From Candidatus Nanopelagicaceae bacterium (lineage in GTDB: Bacteria > Actinomycetota > Actinomycetes > Nanopelagicales > Nanopelagicaceae), in contig JBMUDS010000004.1 in assembly GCA_049459795.1 (NCBI GenBank), forward strand, positions 12,890 to 36,889: a stretch of DNA of 24,000 nucleotides, given 5' to 3'. Below, in pieces: positions 7,889-15,429 of the stretch. Positions within the stretch are counted from its first letter, which is position 1. Each line of letters opens with the position of its first letter. The notes under the pieces are model-generated. The model made no database searches. It worked only from the letters and a program-made list of their open reading frames with translations, and was not told the origin of the DNA. The position numbers and the translations under genes were made by a program.

Positions 7889-9061
7889 TTGTTTGATAGT
7901 GGAATTGATCTACCTGCTGTGAAGTGCTGGCAAGATAGCGATGTGAGCGAATCGCTGGGTCCTGCCGCGATCACTCGTTCCATCTTTGCCTCATTAGGAA
8001 CCGAAGAGAGCAATCCTCTTTCCATTCCGAGTTCGTCGGGCCCAGAAGTTCTACTCCTGGTCGACGGTTTCGGATCCTTCATCCTTGATGATTTCGCCGA
8101 CGCCGTTCCTGCTATTTCATCCGAGACAACGTCGTATCGATCCAATCTCGCTTCCCATTTCCCGACAACGACGGTCACGAATCTCACGAGTCTGGGGACA
8201 GGTGAGTTGCCGGGAATTCATGGCATGGTCGGCTACACCATGCGAATTCCCTTCGCGCAAGAAGGCACCCCGCAATTGCTCAATGGTCTGAAATGGGATC
8301 CTCGTATCGATCCAGTGACATGGCAACGACAACCCACGCTCTTCGAACGAGCAACCAAGCGCGGAATCCGAGTAAGTCACATCGCCTCACGAAGGTATGA
8401 AGGAAGCGGATTCACAGAAGCTGCCCTTCGGGGTGCTCATTACATTCCGGCGGCCAGCGACGAAGAGATCCTTGCGGGGCTGGAGATCGCAACTGGTCAA
8501 GGATCCTCATTCACCTATCTCTATCTCAATGATGTCGATGAAGCAGGGCATGGTCATGGCGTGGGAAGTGAGAAGTGGCGGGGGTCCCTTCAGCGAATCG
8601 ATGCACTCGTGGGGAAGATCGCGGCTGCGCTCCCGCGCGGCGGACGACTATGGATCACTGCCGATCACGGCATGGTCAATGTAGGGGAGAAGGTGATTCT
8701 CGGTGATGGGAATCAACTCCTCGAAGGTGTCGAACTACTTGGCGGTGAACCTCGAGCCCGGCACCTCTATCTCAAACGTGGTCTATCTGAGAATCTCCAT
8801 ACCGAAGAGTGCGAAAGAGTGATTACGCGATGGCGAGATTTCTTCGGCGATCGGATCATGATGATGCGCCCGAATGACGCCTACGGTGATGAGATCCATC
8901 CAGATCACAGAGAACGTATCGGTGATCTCATCGCTATCCCTACCGATGACACGGTCCTTATCGAAGCCGAGCGAGCAGAGATGCAATCACGGATGGTTGG
9001 ACATCATGGCGCTATGACTGAGATCGAGAGGATGATCCCACTTCGACTTCTAGAGAAGTAA
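7889..9061 (+). CDS. Alkaline-phosphatase superfamily protein, type I phosphodiesterase/nucleotide pyrophosphatase (NPP)-like
   Basis: Metal and nucleophile motifs are present: LLVDGFG, HFPTTTVTNLTSLGTG (Thr nucleophile region), DVDEAGHGHG and ITADHGM. The TTG start at 7889 is uncertain; an in-frame GTG at 7919 is an alternative. No obvious signal peptide. Confidence 0.75.
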   Translation: MFDSGIDLPAVKCWQDSDVSESLGPAAITRSIFASLGTEESNPLSIPSSSGPEVLLLVDGFGSFILDDFADAVPAISSETTSYRSNLASHFPTTTVTNLTSLGTGELPGIHGMVGYTMRIPFAQEGTPQLLNGLKWDPRIDPVTWQRQPTLFERATKRGIRVSHIASRRYEGSGFTEAALRGAHYIPAASDEEILAGLEIATGQGSSFTYLYLNDVDEAGHGHGVGSEKWRGSLQRIDALVGKIAAALPRGGRLWITADHGMVNVGEKVILGDGNQLLEGVELLGGEPRARHLYLKRGLSENLHTEECERVITRWRDFFGDRIMMMRPNDAYGDEIHPDHRERIGDLIAIPTDDTVLIEAERAEMQSRMVGHHGAMTEIERMIPLRLLEK

Positions 9062-9083
9062 TCTGCGAAGCAGTCAGACCAGA

Positions 9084-10301
9084 TCAGAACTCTGTGCGAA
9101 GCGAACGAGTTAAGAGCACGACTAACGCTGTCCCGCTCAAGATGGTCGCAAGGACGATGTAGGTCCCACCGACGCCGAATTCCTCAACCGCCCATCCTGA
9201 CAAGATCATGCCGAGTGGTGGTGCGGCATAGAAAGTAGCCAATTGCACTCCGAAGACCCGCCCTTGTTCATTCTCTTGTATCCGCTCTTGGATCAGCGAC
9301 GTGATCAATGGATTGAAAGGTCCCCAAAATAGCCCGAGTGCGAATGCACTGATCGAGAGGATGACCATGGGTGGAAGTAGAGCCATGGGAAGAATGCTGA
9401 TCGCTGTACCGATCATGATGATGCGGACCAAGGTACGTCGCCTGATCCGCTTCATGAGTGATCCATAGCCAAAAGCGCCGAGCGTCGATCCAGCGGCCAA
9501 TAAGGAGATGACGATCCCTAACTCTGTAGGTGCATTCTTCGCTTCGAAGTAGGTCGGCAGGATGATCGCCTCAGTCGGAAGATAGACGGCTGCAATGATG
9601 AGGATCGAGATGGTGATGGTTCTAAGCAGACGATCCCGCCAAAGTGCGATGAAGCCGCGAGCAAGTCCTTTGGAGAATGAAGTCGCGGAGTCAGCACCAT
9701 CGATCAGTTCAGTAGAAGTGCGTTCGCTCACTTTGAGCAGTGCGATAGCGAGCGAAGAGAAGATGAAGAGTCCACCTGCGGCCCAGAACGAATTGATGAC
9801 ACCGAATCCGGCGATCAACCAGGCACCTAGCGCCGGACCTGCGACCCATCCGATCCCAAAGATGCCTTCATGGATTCCGTTCAATTGATTCTGATCGATA
9901 CCTGTCGCACGTGAGGCATCGACGAGCAGCGTCTTTCGCGCTGTATATCCGGCTGGGTCGAAGAGTGCTCCAAAGATGGCCAGGAGAAGAATCGTGAGAT
10001 TCTCCAAGCCGATCCAGTAGTAGAAGAGAGGGAATGCGAAGACGGAGAGTGCGGATAGAAGATCTGAGACGATGCTGACGAAACGTCGACCCGTATGGTC
10101 AATGATCCAGCCTGCAACAGGAGAGATGATCAACGGCGGAAGAGATGCCAATGCGACGACGACACCGGCAAAGAGTGGCGAATCTGCTTCTTTGAGAATG
10201 AGCCACGGAATTGCGATGGTGACCATCGCATTGCCGAGGCCTGAAGCAAGATTGGCGCTTTGAAGCAACACGGCAGGAAGCAACCGCCGCTTTGCATCCA
10301 T
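9084..10301 (-). CDS. MFS transporter (12-TM, MFS_3/enterobactin-exporter-like architecture)
   Basis: 405-aa polytopic protein whose N-terminal half resembles MFS efflux proteins (GNAMVTIAIPWLIL..., PVAGWIIDHTGRR loop 2-3 motif). It begins 33 bp downstream of the heliorhodopsin stop on the same strand. Confidence 0.8.
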   Translation of the reverse strand: MDAKRRLLPAVLLQSANLASGLGNAMVTIAIPWLILKEADSPLFAGVVVALASLPPLIISPVAGWIIDHTGRRFVSIVSDLLSALSVFAFPLFYYWIGLENLTILLLAIFGALFDPAGYTARKTLLVDASRATGIDQNQLNGIHEGIFGIGWVAGPALGAWLIAGFGVINSFWAAGGLFIFSSLAIALLKVSERTSTELIDGADSATSFSKGLARGFIALWRDRLLRTITISILIIAAVYLPTEAIILPTYFEAKNAPTELGIVISLLAAGSTLGAFGYGSLMKRIRRRTLVRIIMIGTAISILPMALLPPMVILSISAFALGLFWGPFNPLITSLIQERIQENEQGRVFGVQLATFYAAPPLGMILSGWAVEEFGVGGTYIVLATILSGTALVVLLTRSLRTEF

Positions 10302-10334
10302 AGGTGGACGCTACCGCTTAGAAGTTGATGGTTG

Positions 10335-11120
10335 CTAAATTGCGCTCGTCGCTAAGACGCCGCCGAATATCTGCCACGCCAGCGCACTTTTTGCGATGAA
10401 TGAGAGTGTGATGTAGAGACGTTCGCCCACGAGGTAATCGGCGAATCGCCCGATCCGCTTGTATTGCAGCCATTGGACGATGGCGAAGGAATTGAAGAAT
10501 ATGAACAGCGAGAAGACGACACCATAGACAAAGCCCGGTGCTTCTCCGCTTCCGCCGGGCGAGAAGAGCAACCAGAACATCGCTATCCAGGGAATGATGC
10601 CTGCGATACATCCAAACCAGAATGGCAATAGACCACCTTTTCCTGGTTCTTCGTACTTCTCCTGCAACCAGCCAAAGAGGATCATCGCCACATTGACTCC
10701 GGCGATTGCGATCAATGCAATCACATCCCACACCGCATTGATGAGCGAGATCAAGACGATCATGAGAGTCGACGAGATGGAATACTCGATCCATCGAGCG
10801 ATATTCCGCTGGTTTCGCAGATCGTTACCGTAAGTTTTGAAACCAGGGCCGACGATCCAGAAATGAGCGAGAGCGCTCAACAGGGAAAATGTGGCCACAC
10901 CGAGTGCCACCGGGAAGTCGAAGAGGGTGACGCTCTCGAATTCAGCACCTGGAACGGGCGCATCTTTGAGGTAGTTGACCGAAACCGGAAGTGCGAAGTC
11001 ATTGGCAAGGAGAAGGATCGCCACGCCTTGGATCAAGTGGAAGATTCCTGCGATCAGGTTGTAGCGGCGAAGCCCAGCGAGACGCTCTGCCGGGATCGTG
11101 AGTGGAACTGCAGCCGCCAT
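10335..11120 (-). CDS. Heliorhodopsin (7TM retinal-binding photoreceptor, inverted topology family)
   Basis: 261 aa with 7 hydrophobic helices. It is collinear with my recollection of heliorhodopsin 48C12: YNLIAGIFHLIQ, LANDFALP, NIARWIEYSISSTLMIVLIS, AMILFGWLQEKY, LLPFWFGCIAGIIPWI, PGFVYGVVFSLFIFFNSFAIVQWLQYK, GERLYITLSFIAKSALAWQIF. The Schiff-base Lys K244 (codon 10389-10391), counterion Glu E112 (10785-10787), His28 and His86 are all present. Confidence 0.93.
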   Translation of the reverse strand: MAAAVPLTIPAERLAGLRRYNLIAGIFHLIQGVAILLLANDFALPVSVNYLKDAPVPGAEFESVTLFDFPVALGVATFSLLSALAHFWIVGPGFKTYGNDLRNQRNIARWIEYSISSTLMIVLISLINAVWDVIALIAIAGVNVAMILFGWLQEKYEEPGKGGLLPFWFGCIAGIIPWIAMFWLLFSPGGSGEAPGFVYGVVFSLFIFFNSFAIVQWLQYKRIGRFADYLVGERLYITLSFIAKSALAWQIFGGVLATSAI

Positions 11121-11125
11121 GATTA

Positions 11126-11131
11126 CTCCTT
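11126..11131 (-). promoter_or_regulatory. Shine-Dalgarno (AAGGAG) for the heliorhodopsin gene
   Basis: Minus-strand AAGGAG lies 5 nt upstream of the ATG at 11120. Confidence 0.6.
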
Positions 11132-11173
11132 GATCTAACTATCAATTGCTTACGAGAAGCAACGAGATCACGT

Positions 11174-12058
11174 TTACTTCTCGGGTCCCTGGTTCTCCTT
11201 GCGGGTACCAAACATGATGTCATCCCATGATGGAATGGAGACTTTTCGCTTGACTCCGTCACGACGTGCGTCAGAAGGAATCTCTACATCGAGTTCAAGT
11301 TCATCAGAGAGTTCCTGATCCAGATCGAGGTTACCTTCATCGACTACCTGACTCTTCTCATCAAGGTCGGCAGTGTCATCGAGATACTCATCGATCGATG
11401 CAACAGTCGGAGTGCTTCTGATCGAGATCAAACGGGGAGGCGCTTCCTCGCTACGTATCGGACGAACCACAGCTTCGATGGGAGCCGGTTCCTCATCCAT
11501 GATCCACCTGGCGCCATCATCATCGCTCTCGATCCGACGTTTCGTACTCTCGAACCGCCACGTCGCATTTCCTTTTCCGTCACGGGTCGGATACTCGAGC
11601 AGGATCTGCCATGTGCCGTCTTCGTTGCGGTATGCATTCCACTCGCAATTCTTCATATCGACGCCACGAGGAGAGAGTTTGGCCTCAACTACCTCATTGA
11701 GAGTCGACTTCAACTTCTTGATCTCGGCCTTTTGTGCGAGCGAGATGATGTAGGAGCGCTCTTGGAGGATCGGATGCGAGTACCGCTCGATCTTCTCCAT
11801 GGAGACTCGGCCATTCTCGGAGATGCTCTCCATGCTTTCGCCAGCACGGAGTCGTGCTTGGAGTTCCTTGATCGAGATCTCAGTGGTGGGTTCATTCGCG
11901 ACTGATCTGAGCGGCGTAGGAGATGGCTGATTGATCAAACTTCGCAAGTAGTCATTGATGCGAAGCTGATAGGAATTGCCATCGAGGTCGTGGAGTTCCA
12001 GTGAATCTCCATCTTCGCTCCGCCCAACTGTGCGGAGGTCTTTCTGTTGCTCGCTCAT
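11174..12058 (-). CDS. sepH: Septation protein SepH (DUF3071 family, actinobacterial FtsZ-associated)
   Basis: The N-terminus MSEQQKDLRTVGRSEDGDSLELHDLDGNSYQLRINDYLRSLI matches the DUF3071 pattern. An acidic low-complexity linker follows, then the conserved C-terminal RKVSIPSWDDIMFG motif. The ORF-track version (to 12424) runs antisense through the divergent IMPase gene and is rejected. In-frame ATGs at 12076 and 12082 are alternative starts. Confidence 0.8.
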   Translation of the reverse strand: MSEQQKDLRTVGRSEDGDSLELHDLDGNSYQLRINDYLRSLINQPSPTPLRSVANEPTTEISIKELQARLRAGESMESISENGRVSMEKIERYSHPILQERSYIISLAQKAEIKKLKSTLNEVVEAKLSPRGVDMKNCEWNAYRNEDGTWQILLEYPTRDGKGNATWRFESTKRRIESDDDGARWIMDEEPAPIEAVVRPIRSEEAPPRLISIRSTPTVASIDEYLDDTADLDEKSQVVDEGNLDLDQELSDELELDVEIPSDARRDGVKRKVSIPSWDDIMFGTRKENQGPEK

Positions 12059-12134
12059 CAGAGCCAAGATTGCCATAAGCATCCCGGGATTAGGGTGAGG
12101 CAGCGGGTCGGAATTCGAGTGCTCCCCTTGAAAT

Positions 12135-12938
12135 GTGCGAGAGAATGAAGGTGTGGAGCAACATTCGAAACTTCTTGACCTCGCGCTAAGAGTCAGCACT
12201 GAGGCAGGAAGGTTCCTCTCGAAACGACCAGCGAACTTCGATATCGAGAGCAAGTCGACCGTGATCGATATCGCCACGCAGATGGATCGAGAGGCAGAGT
12301 CGATGATCGTCGATGCGATCCTCAGCGAGAGAGGCGATGACGGCATCATCGGAGAAGAAGGTGCGTCGCGCCCGAGCAGGTCGGGTTTCACCTGGGTCAT
12401 CGATCCACTGGATGGCACAGTCAACTATCTCTACGACCTCCCGGGATGGTGTGTATCGGTGGCCTGCAAGGACCCATCGGGCACCGTTGTCGGCGTCGTG
12501 TATGCGCCGACTCTCAATCTTGATTCGAATTCTGAGGTGATCTGGTCAGCTATGCGTGGCGGTGGTGCATTTAGGAATGGAAGAGCCATTCGCGTCAGTG
12601 ATGAGAGTGAGATTGAAGGCGCGCTGATCGGTACGGGTTTCGCGTACTCCATGGAAGTTCGCAAGAGCCAAGTACGTGTGATCAACGATCTCCTTCCCCG
12701 ATGCCGAGATATCAGACGGATGGGAGCCGCAGCAGTCGATCTCTGTCACGTTGCCTCAGGCGCGCTCGATGCATATTTCGAAGTCGGTTTGAAGGAATGG
12801 GATAAGGCTGCAGGAGCATTGATCATCACAGAGGCAGGTGGTGTGGTCTCGGGCGGTGAAAGTGAGAGTTCACGTTTTGTCGCAGCCAACCCAGGTCTTC
12901 ACGAACGGCTGAAGGAGTTCTTGTCCGACTACGTATGA
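12135..12938 (+). CDS. Inositol monophosphatase family protein (SuhB/ImpA/HisN-like)
   Basis: Family motifs GIIGEEG, WVIDPLDGTVNY and KEWDKAAGALI are present. The start is GTG at 12135, with an alternative GTG at 12153. Exact substrate cannot be called. Confidence 0.85.
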   Translation: MRENEGVEQHSKLLDLALRVSTEAGRFLSKRPANFDIESKSTVIDIATQMDREAESMIVDAILSERGDDGIIGEEGASRPSRSGFTWVIDPLDGTVNYLYDLPGWCVSVACKDPSGTVVGVVYAPTLNLDSNSEVIWSAMRGGGAFRNGRAIRVSDESEIEGALIGTGFAYSMEVRKSQVRVINDLLPRCRDIRRMGAAAVDLCHVASGALDAYFEVGLKEWDKAAGALIITEAGGVVSGGESESSRFVAANPGLHERLKEFLSDYV

Positions 12939-12993
12939 GGAATAGCGGCGTGAGGAATAGCGGCGTGAGGAATAGCGGCGTGAGGAATAGCGG
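12936..12993. repeat. Perfect 15-bp tandem repeat, 3.9 copies (tgaggaatagcggcg)
   Basis: Copies at 12936-12950, 12951-12965 and 12966-12980, plus a 13-nt partial copy at 12981-12993, with no mismatches. The first TGA is the IMPase stop codon. Confidence 0.97.
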
Positions 12994-13124
12994 AATCCTC
13001 GCTCAGATTCGATTGATTTTGGGGCGATTCGCACCCTCACCCTTACCTGTGGCAAGATACGCGGGCTAAAGAGATCGACCCACTAGCGGTCGTTGAACAT
13101 GTCGAGTGAAACCCAGAGGTTGCC

Positions 13125-13625
13125 ATGAACGTCCTTGATTCTGTTGATGTCGCGTCGTTGCGAAAGGACGTACCTGCGTTTCGCCCTGGTGATGAACTGA
13201 AGGTCCACGTTCGAGTCATCGAAGGTAACAAGAGTCGTGTCCAGGTCTTTCAGGGGATAGTTATCGCTCGTCAAGGTTCAGGTGTGCGCGAGACCTTCAC
13301 AGTTCGCAAGATCTCCTATGGTGTTGGCGTCGAGAGGATCTTCCCGGTCCATGCGCCGGTAATCGAGAAGATCGAAGTGGTTCGTCTTGGTGAGGTACGA
13401 CGAGCGAAGCTCTATTTCCTCCGTGACCTCCGCGGTAAGGCTGCGAAGATCCGTGAGCGCCGTGGGGCTGAAGGACTGGTCCCTGCAACTGGCGTTGCCG
13501 TGACTGAAGCAGAAGTCGCAGCGGTCCTCGATGAGGTTCCAGCGATCGTTGAAGAGACACCAGTTGCGGCTGAGGCTGTCGCCGAGACTCCGGCGGAAGA
13601 GAGTTCTGAAGAGACAAAGGCGTAA
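13125..13625 (+). CDS. rplS: 50S ribosomal protein L19 with an approximately 50-aa acidic Ala/Glu/Val/Pro-rich C-terminal extension
   Basis: Residues 1-113 are canonical bL19 ([18 protein letters not shown]..., [45 protein letters not shown]). AGAGG lies 5 nt upstream of the ATG. The tail spans 13464-13622. Confidence 0.93.
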   Translation: MNVLDSVDVASLRKDVPAFRPGDELKVHVRVIEGNKSRVQVFQGIVIARQGSGVRETFTVRKISYGVGVERIFPVHAPVIEKIEVVRLGEVRRAKLYFLRDLRGKAAKIRERRGAEGLVPATGVAVTEAEVAAVLDEVPAIVEETPVAAEAVAETPAEESSEETKA

Positions 13626-13655
13626 GCGCCTTCGCGCCTGCCTCGGCTTCACTTC

Positions 13656-14333
13656 ATGAGTGCACATCGGAAGAGTTCACTTCTTCGCGAGTTGCCGATC
13701 TTGGTCGCGATCGCGGTCATCGTCTCGATCATCATCAAGACCTTCTTGGTTCAGTTCTTCTATATCCCTTCCGGTTCCATGGAGAACACACTGCTCGTCA
13801 ATGATCGAGTGGCGGTGAACAAGTTCGGGAATTTCATTTCAGAGGTCGGTCGCGGCGATGTCGTGGTCTTCCGCGACACCGCTGGATGGTTACCGGAGGA
13901 GTCGAATGACTTCGGGTCAGGTGTGCGCGACCGTATCCGTGAAGGTCTGGTCTTCATTGGAATCCTGCCGGACCCTGCGAAGCAATATTTGATAAAACGA
14001 GTCATCGGCGTAGCGGGCGACACGATCGTCTGTTGTGATCAAGATGATCGGCTCACCATCAATGGGGTCGCCGTCGATGAGCCATACATCTTCCCGGGCG
14101 ACAAGGCGAGTGAATCCGAGTTCGAAGCCATCGTCCCCGACGGCTACATCTGGGTCATGGGAGATCATCGTGGCGCTAGTGCAGATTCACGTTTTCATCG
14201 CGACGATGCGAACGATGGTTTTGTTCCGCTCTCTGCCGTGACGGGTAGGGCTGTGGCGATCGTCTGGCCGATCAAGAACATCACCATCCTTTCTCGATAT
14301 GACGGGTTGGTCATGGGAGATGTCACCAAGTAA
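13656..14333 (+). CDS. lepB: Signal peptidase I
   Basis: It has an N-terminal TM anchor, the catalytic Ser box IPSGSMENTL, the KRVIGVAGD Lys box and GDHRGASADSR. Confidence 0.92.
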   Translation: MSAHRKSSLLRELPILVAIAVIVSIIIKTFLVQFFYIPSGSMENTLLVNDRVAVNKFGNFISEVGRGDVVVFRDTAGWLPEESNDFGSGVRDRIREGLVFIGILPDPAKQYLIKRVIGVAGDTIVCCDQDDRLTINGVAVDEPYIFPGDKASESEFEAIVPDGYIWVMGDHRGASADSRFHRDDANDGFVPLSAVTGRAVAIVWPIKNITILSRYDGLVMGDVTK

Positions 14334-14991
14334 GTCTCGCTCCTCACGCCAACGGAGTTGGATAGAGGATTCACTCTTCGAACATGGCCTCACGACGATT
14401 GCCGGTGTCGACGAGGCTGGGCGCGGCGCGTGCGCTGGACCTCTCGTCATTGCTGCGGTGGCAATCGATAGGGAAAGGCACCTATCGATGAAGGAGTCCT
14501 TGGCGAAGATACTCGAACGATGGGGGACTCTCGACAGTAAAGCAATGAAGGAAGAGCTTCGCGAGAGTGTCTTCGAAACTCTTCACAAGAATGTCATTGC
14601 CGTAGAAGTGGTCACTATCTTGTCTCAAGAGATAGATCGACATGGTTTGCAAGAGATGAATACGAGTGGTATGCGCCGCGCTCTCTCACAGATCACGATC
14701 CCTATCGACTATGCATTAACTGACGGTTACGCAATCGAAGGGCTCGATATGCCTTCGCTCGCTATTTTGAAAGGAGATGCTGTCTCTATGGCGGTGGGTG
14801 CTGCATCGATCGTGGCAAAGGTGACGAGGGACCGGCTCATGATCGAATGGGACCGACTCCATCCCGAGTATGGCTTTGCACGTCATAAGGGTTATTCGGC
14901 TCCGGCGCACATCGCCGCCATCAAGGAACATGGCATTCTCCCCATACATCGTCGCTCTTATTCGAACATCGCGGCGATCATCAACGCCTAA
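14299..14991 (+). CDS. rnhB: Ribonuclease HII
   Basis: IAGVDEAGRGACAGPLVIAAV (DEDD catalytic motif region), DSK and HKGYSAPAH are present. The start is ambiguous (ATG at 14299 or 14320); both overlap the lepB 3' end. Confidence 0.9.
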   Translation: MTGWSWEMSPSKSRSSRQRSWIEDSLFEHGLTTIAGVDEAGRGACAGPLVIAAVAIDRERHLSMKESLAKILERWGTLDSKAMKEELRESVFETLHKNVIAVEVVTILSQEIDRHGLQEMNTSGMRRALSQITIPIDYALTDGYAIEGLDMPSLAILKGDAVSMAVGAASIVAKVTRDRLMIEWDRLHPEYGFARHKGYSAPAHIAAIKEHGILPIHRRSYSNIAAIINA

Positions 14992-15066
14992 TTCACAATC
15001 GATCGCCACCCACAGAATCTCCCTCTCGCAAGGAGCGCGAACTTTGATCTAGCCAAGGATCTCGCC

Positions 15067-15429
15067 ATGGCGCGAAATAGCGAAGCACGTTTGATTGGCA
15101 TGATCGGTGAGGCGATTGCCGAGCGATATCTGATCGATGGCAACCTCGCCATCGTCGACCGGAACTGGCGATGCGACGACGGAGAGATCGACCTGATCGC
15201 TCGCGATCCGATGGGTGAGATCGTCATAGTCGAAGTGAAGACCAGGTCATCTGGGCGCTTTGGCGTCGGCAGTGAGGCGATCACAGCAGAGAAATATCGC
15301 CGGCTCCACCAGTTGGCAAGAAGGTGGTGCAAAGCCAGAGGAATCACTGTGGATTATCGCGTCGATGTGATTTCCATCGACGGACTCACTCTGCCGAAGG
15401 TGACCCACTTGAAACGAGTGATCCTGTGA
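15067..15429 (+). CDS. yraN: YraN family protein (UPF0102, predicted endonuclease fold)
   Basis: The 120-aa protein has GEAIAERYL..., RNWRCDDGEIDLIARD and IVIVEVKTR, the typical YraN pattern and size. Confidence 0.85.
   Translation: MARNSEARLIGMIGEAIAERYLIDGNLAIVDRNWRCDDGEIDLIARDPMGEIVIVEVKTRSSGRFGVGSEAITAEKYRRLHQLARRWCKARGITVDYRVDVISIDGLTLPKVTHLKRVIL

Noticed and set aside
7660-8187. 175-aa minus-strand ORF spanning the psuG / NPP-family divergent junction
   Set aside because: It overlaps two well-supported genes in other frames or on the other strand, and its Arg/Ser-rich composition is typical of an off-frame translation.
10318-10794. 158-aa minus-strand ORF in an alternative frame inside the heliorhodopsin gene
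   Set aside because: The product is Arg/Cys/His-rich nonsense-like sequence fully nested in a gene with strong family-level similarity. There is no SD or independent support.
10335-11120. Alternative reading of the 7TM protein as a type-1 proton-pumping rhodopsin (actinorhodopsin/xanthorhodopsin-like)
   Set aside because: It lacks the helix-3 DTE/DTD-type motif and the helix-7 DxxxK context of type-1 pumps. The whole sequence follows the heliorhodopsin pattern instead (RW.EYS in helix 3, AKSALAWQIF in helix 7).
12059-12424. 5' extension of the sepH ORF (the ORF track gives a 416-aa protein starting at 12424)
   Set aside because: The extra 122 residues are low-complexity Ser/Pro/Arg-rich and run antisense through the well-supported inositol-monophosphatase gene. 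The DUF3071-type N-terminus begins at the ATG at 12058.
12936-12993. Possibility that the tandem repeat is a CRISPR array
   Set aside because: The units are directly adjacent with no spacers, are only 15 bp long, and no cas genes are present.
12870-13055. 61-aa minus-strand ORF containing RRYSSRRYSSRRYSSRRYSS
   Set aside because: The periodic peptide is simply the translation of the 15-bp tandem DNA repeat. The ORF overlaps the IMPase 3' end antisense and has no start context.
13099-13128. 9-codon upstream ORF (MSSETQRLP*) whose TGA overlaps the rplS ATG as ATGA
   Set aside because: It has no Shine-Dalgarno of its own and is very short, while rplS has its own good SD (AGAGG). This is most likely chance. 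It would need ribosome profiling to take seriously.
13617-13632. Small hairpin (aaggcg/cgcctt) with the rplS stop codon in its loop
   Set aside because: The stem is only 6 bp, no U-tract follows, and the next gene starts 24 bp later. It is within chance expectation.
15324-15425. Upstream extensions of comM (from 15324) and likewise dprA (from 16859)
   Set aside because: The extensions lie inside the preceding genes (yraN, comM). The conserved N-termini begin at GTG 15426 and ATG 16952, each forming a 4-nt stop/start overlap typical of coupled genes.
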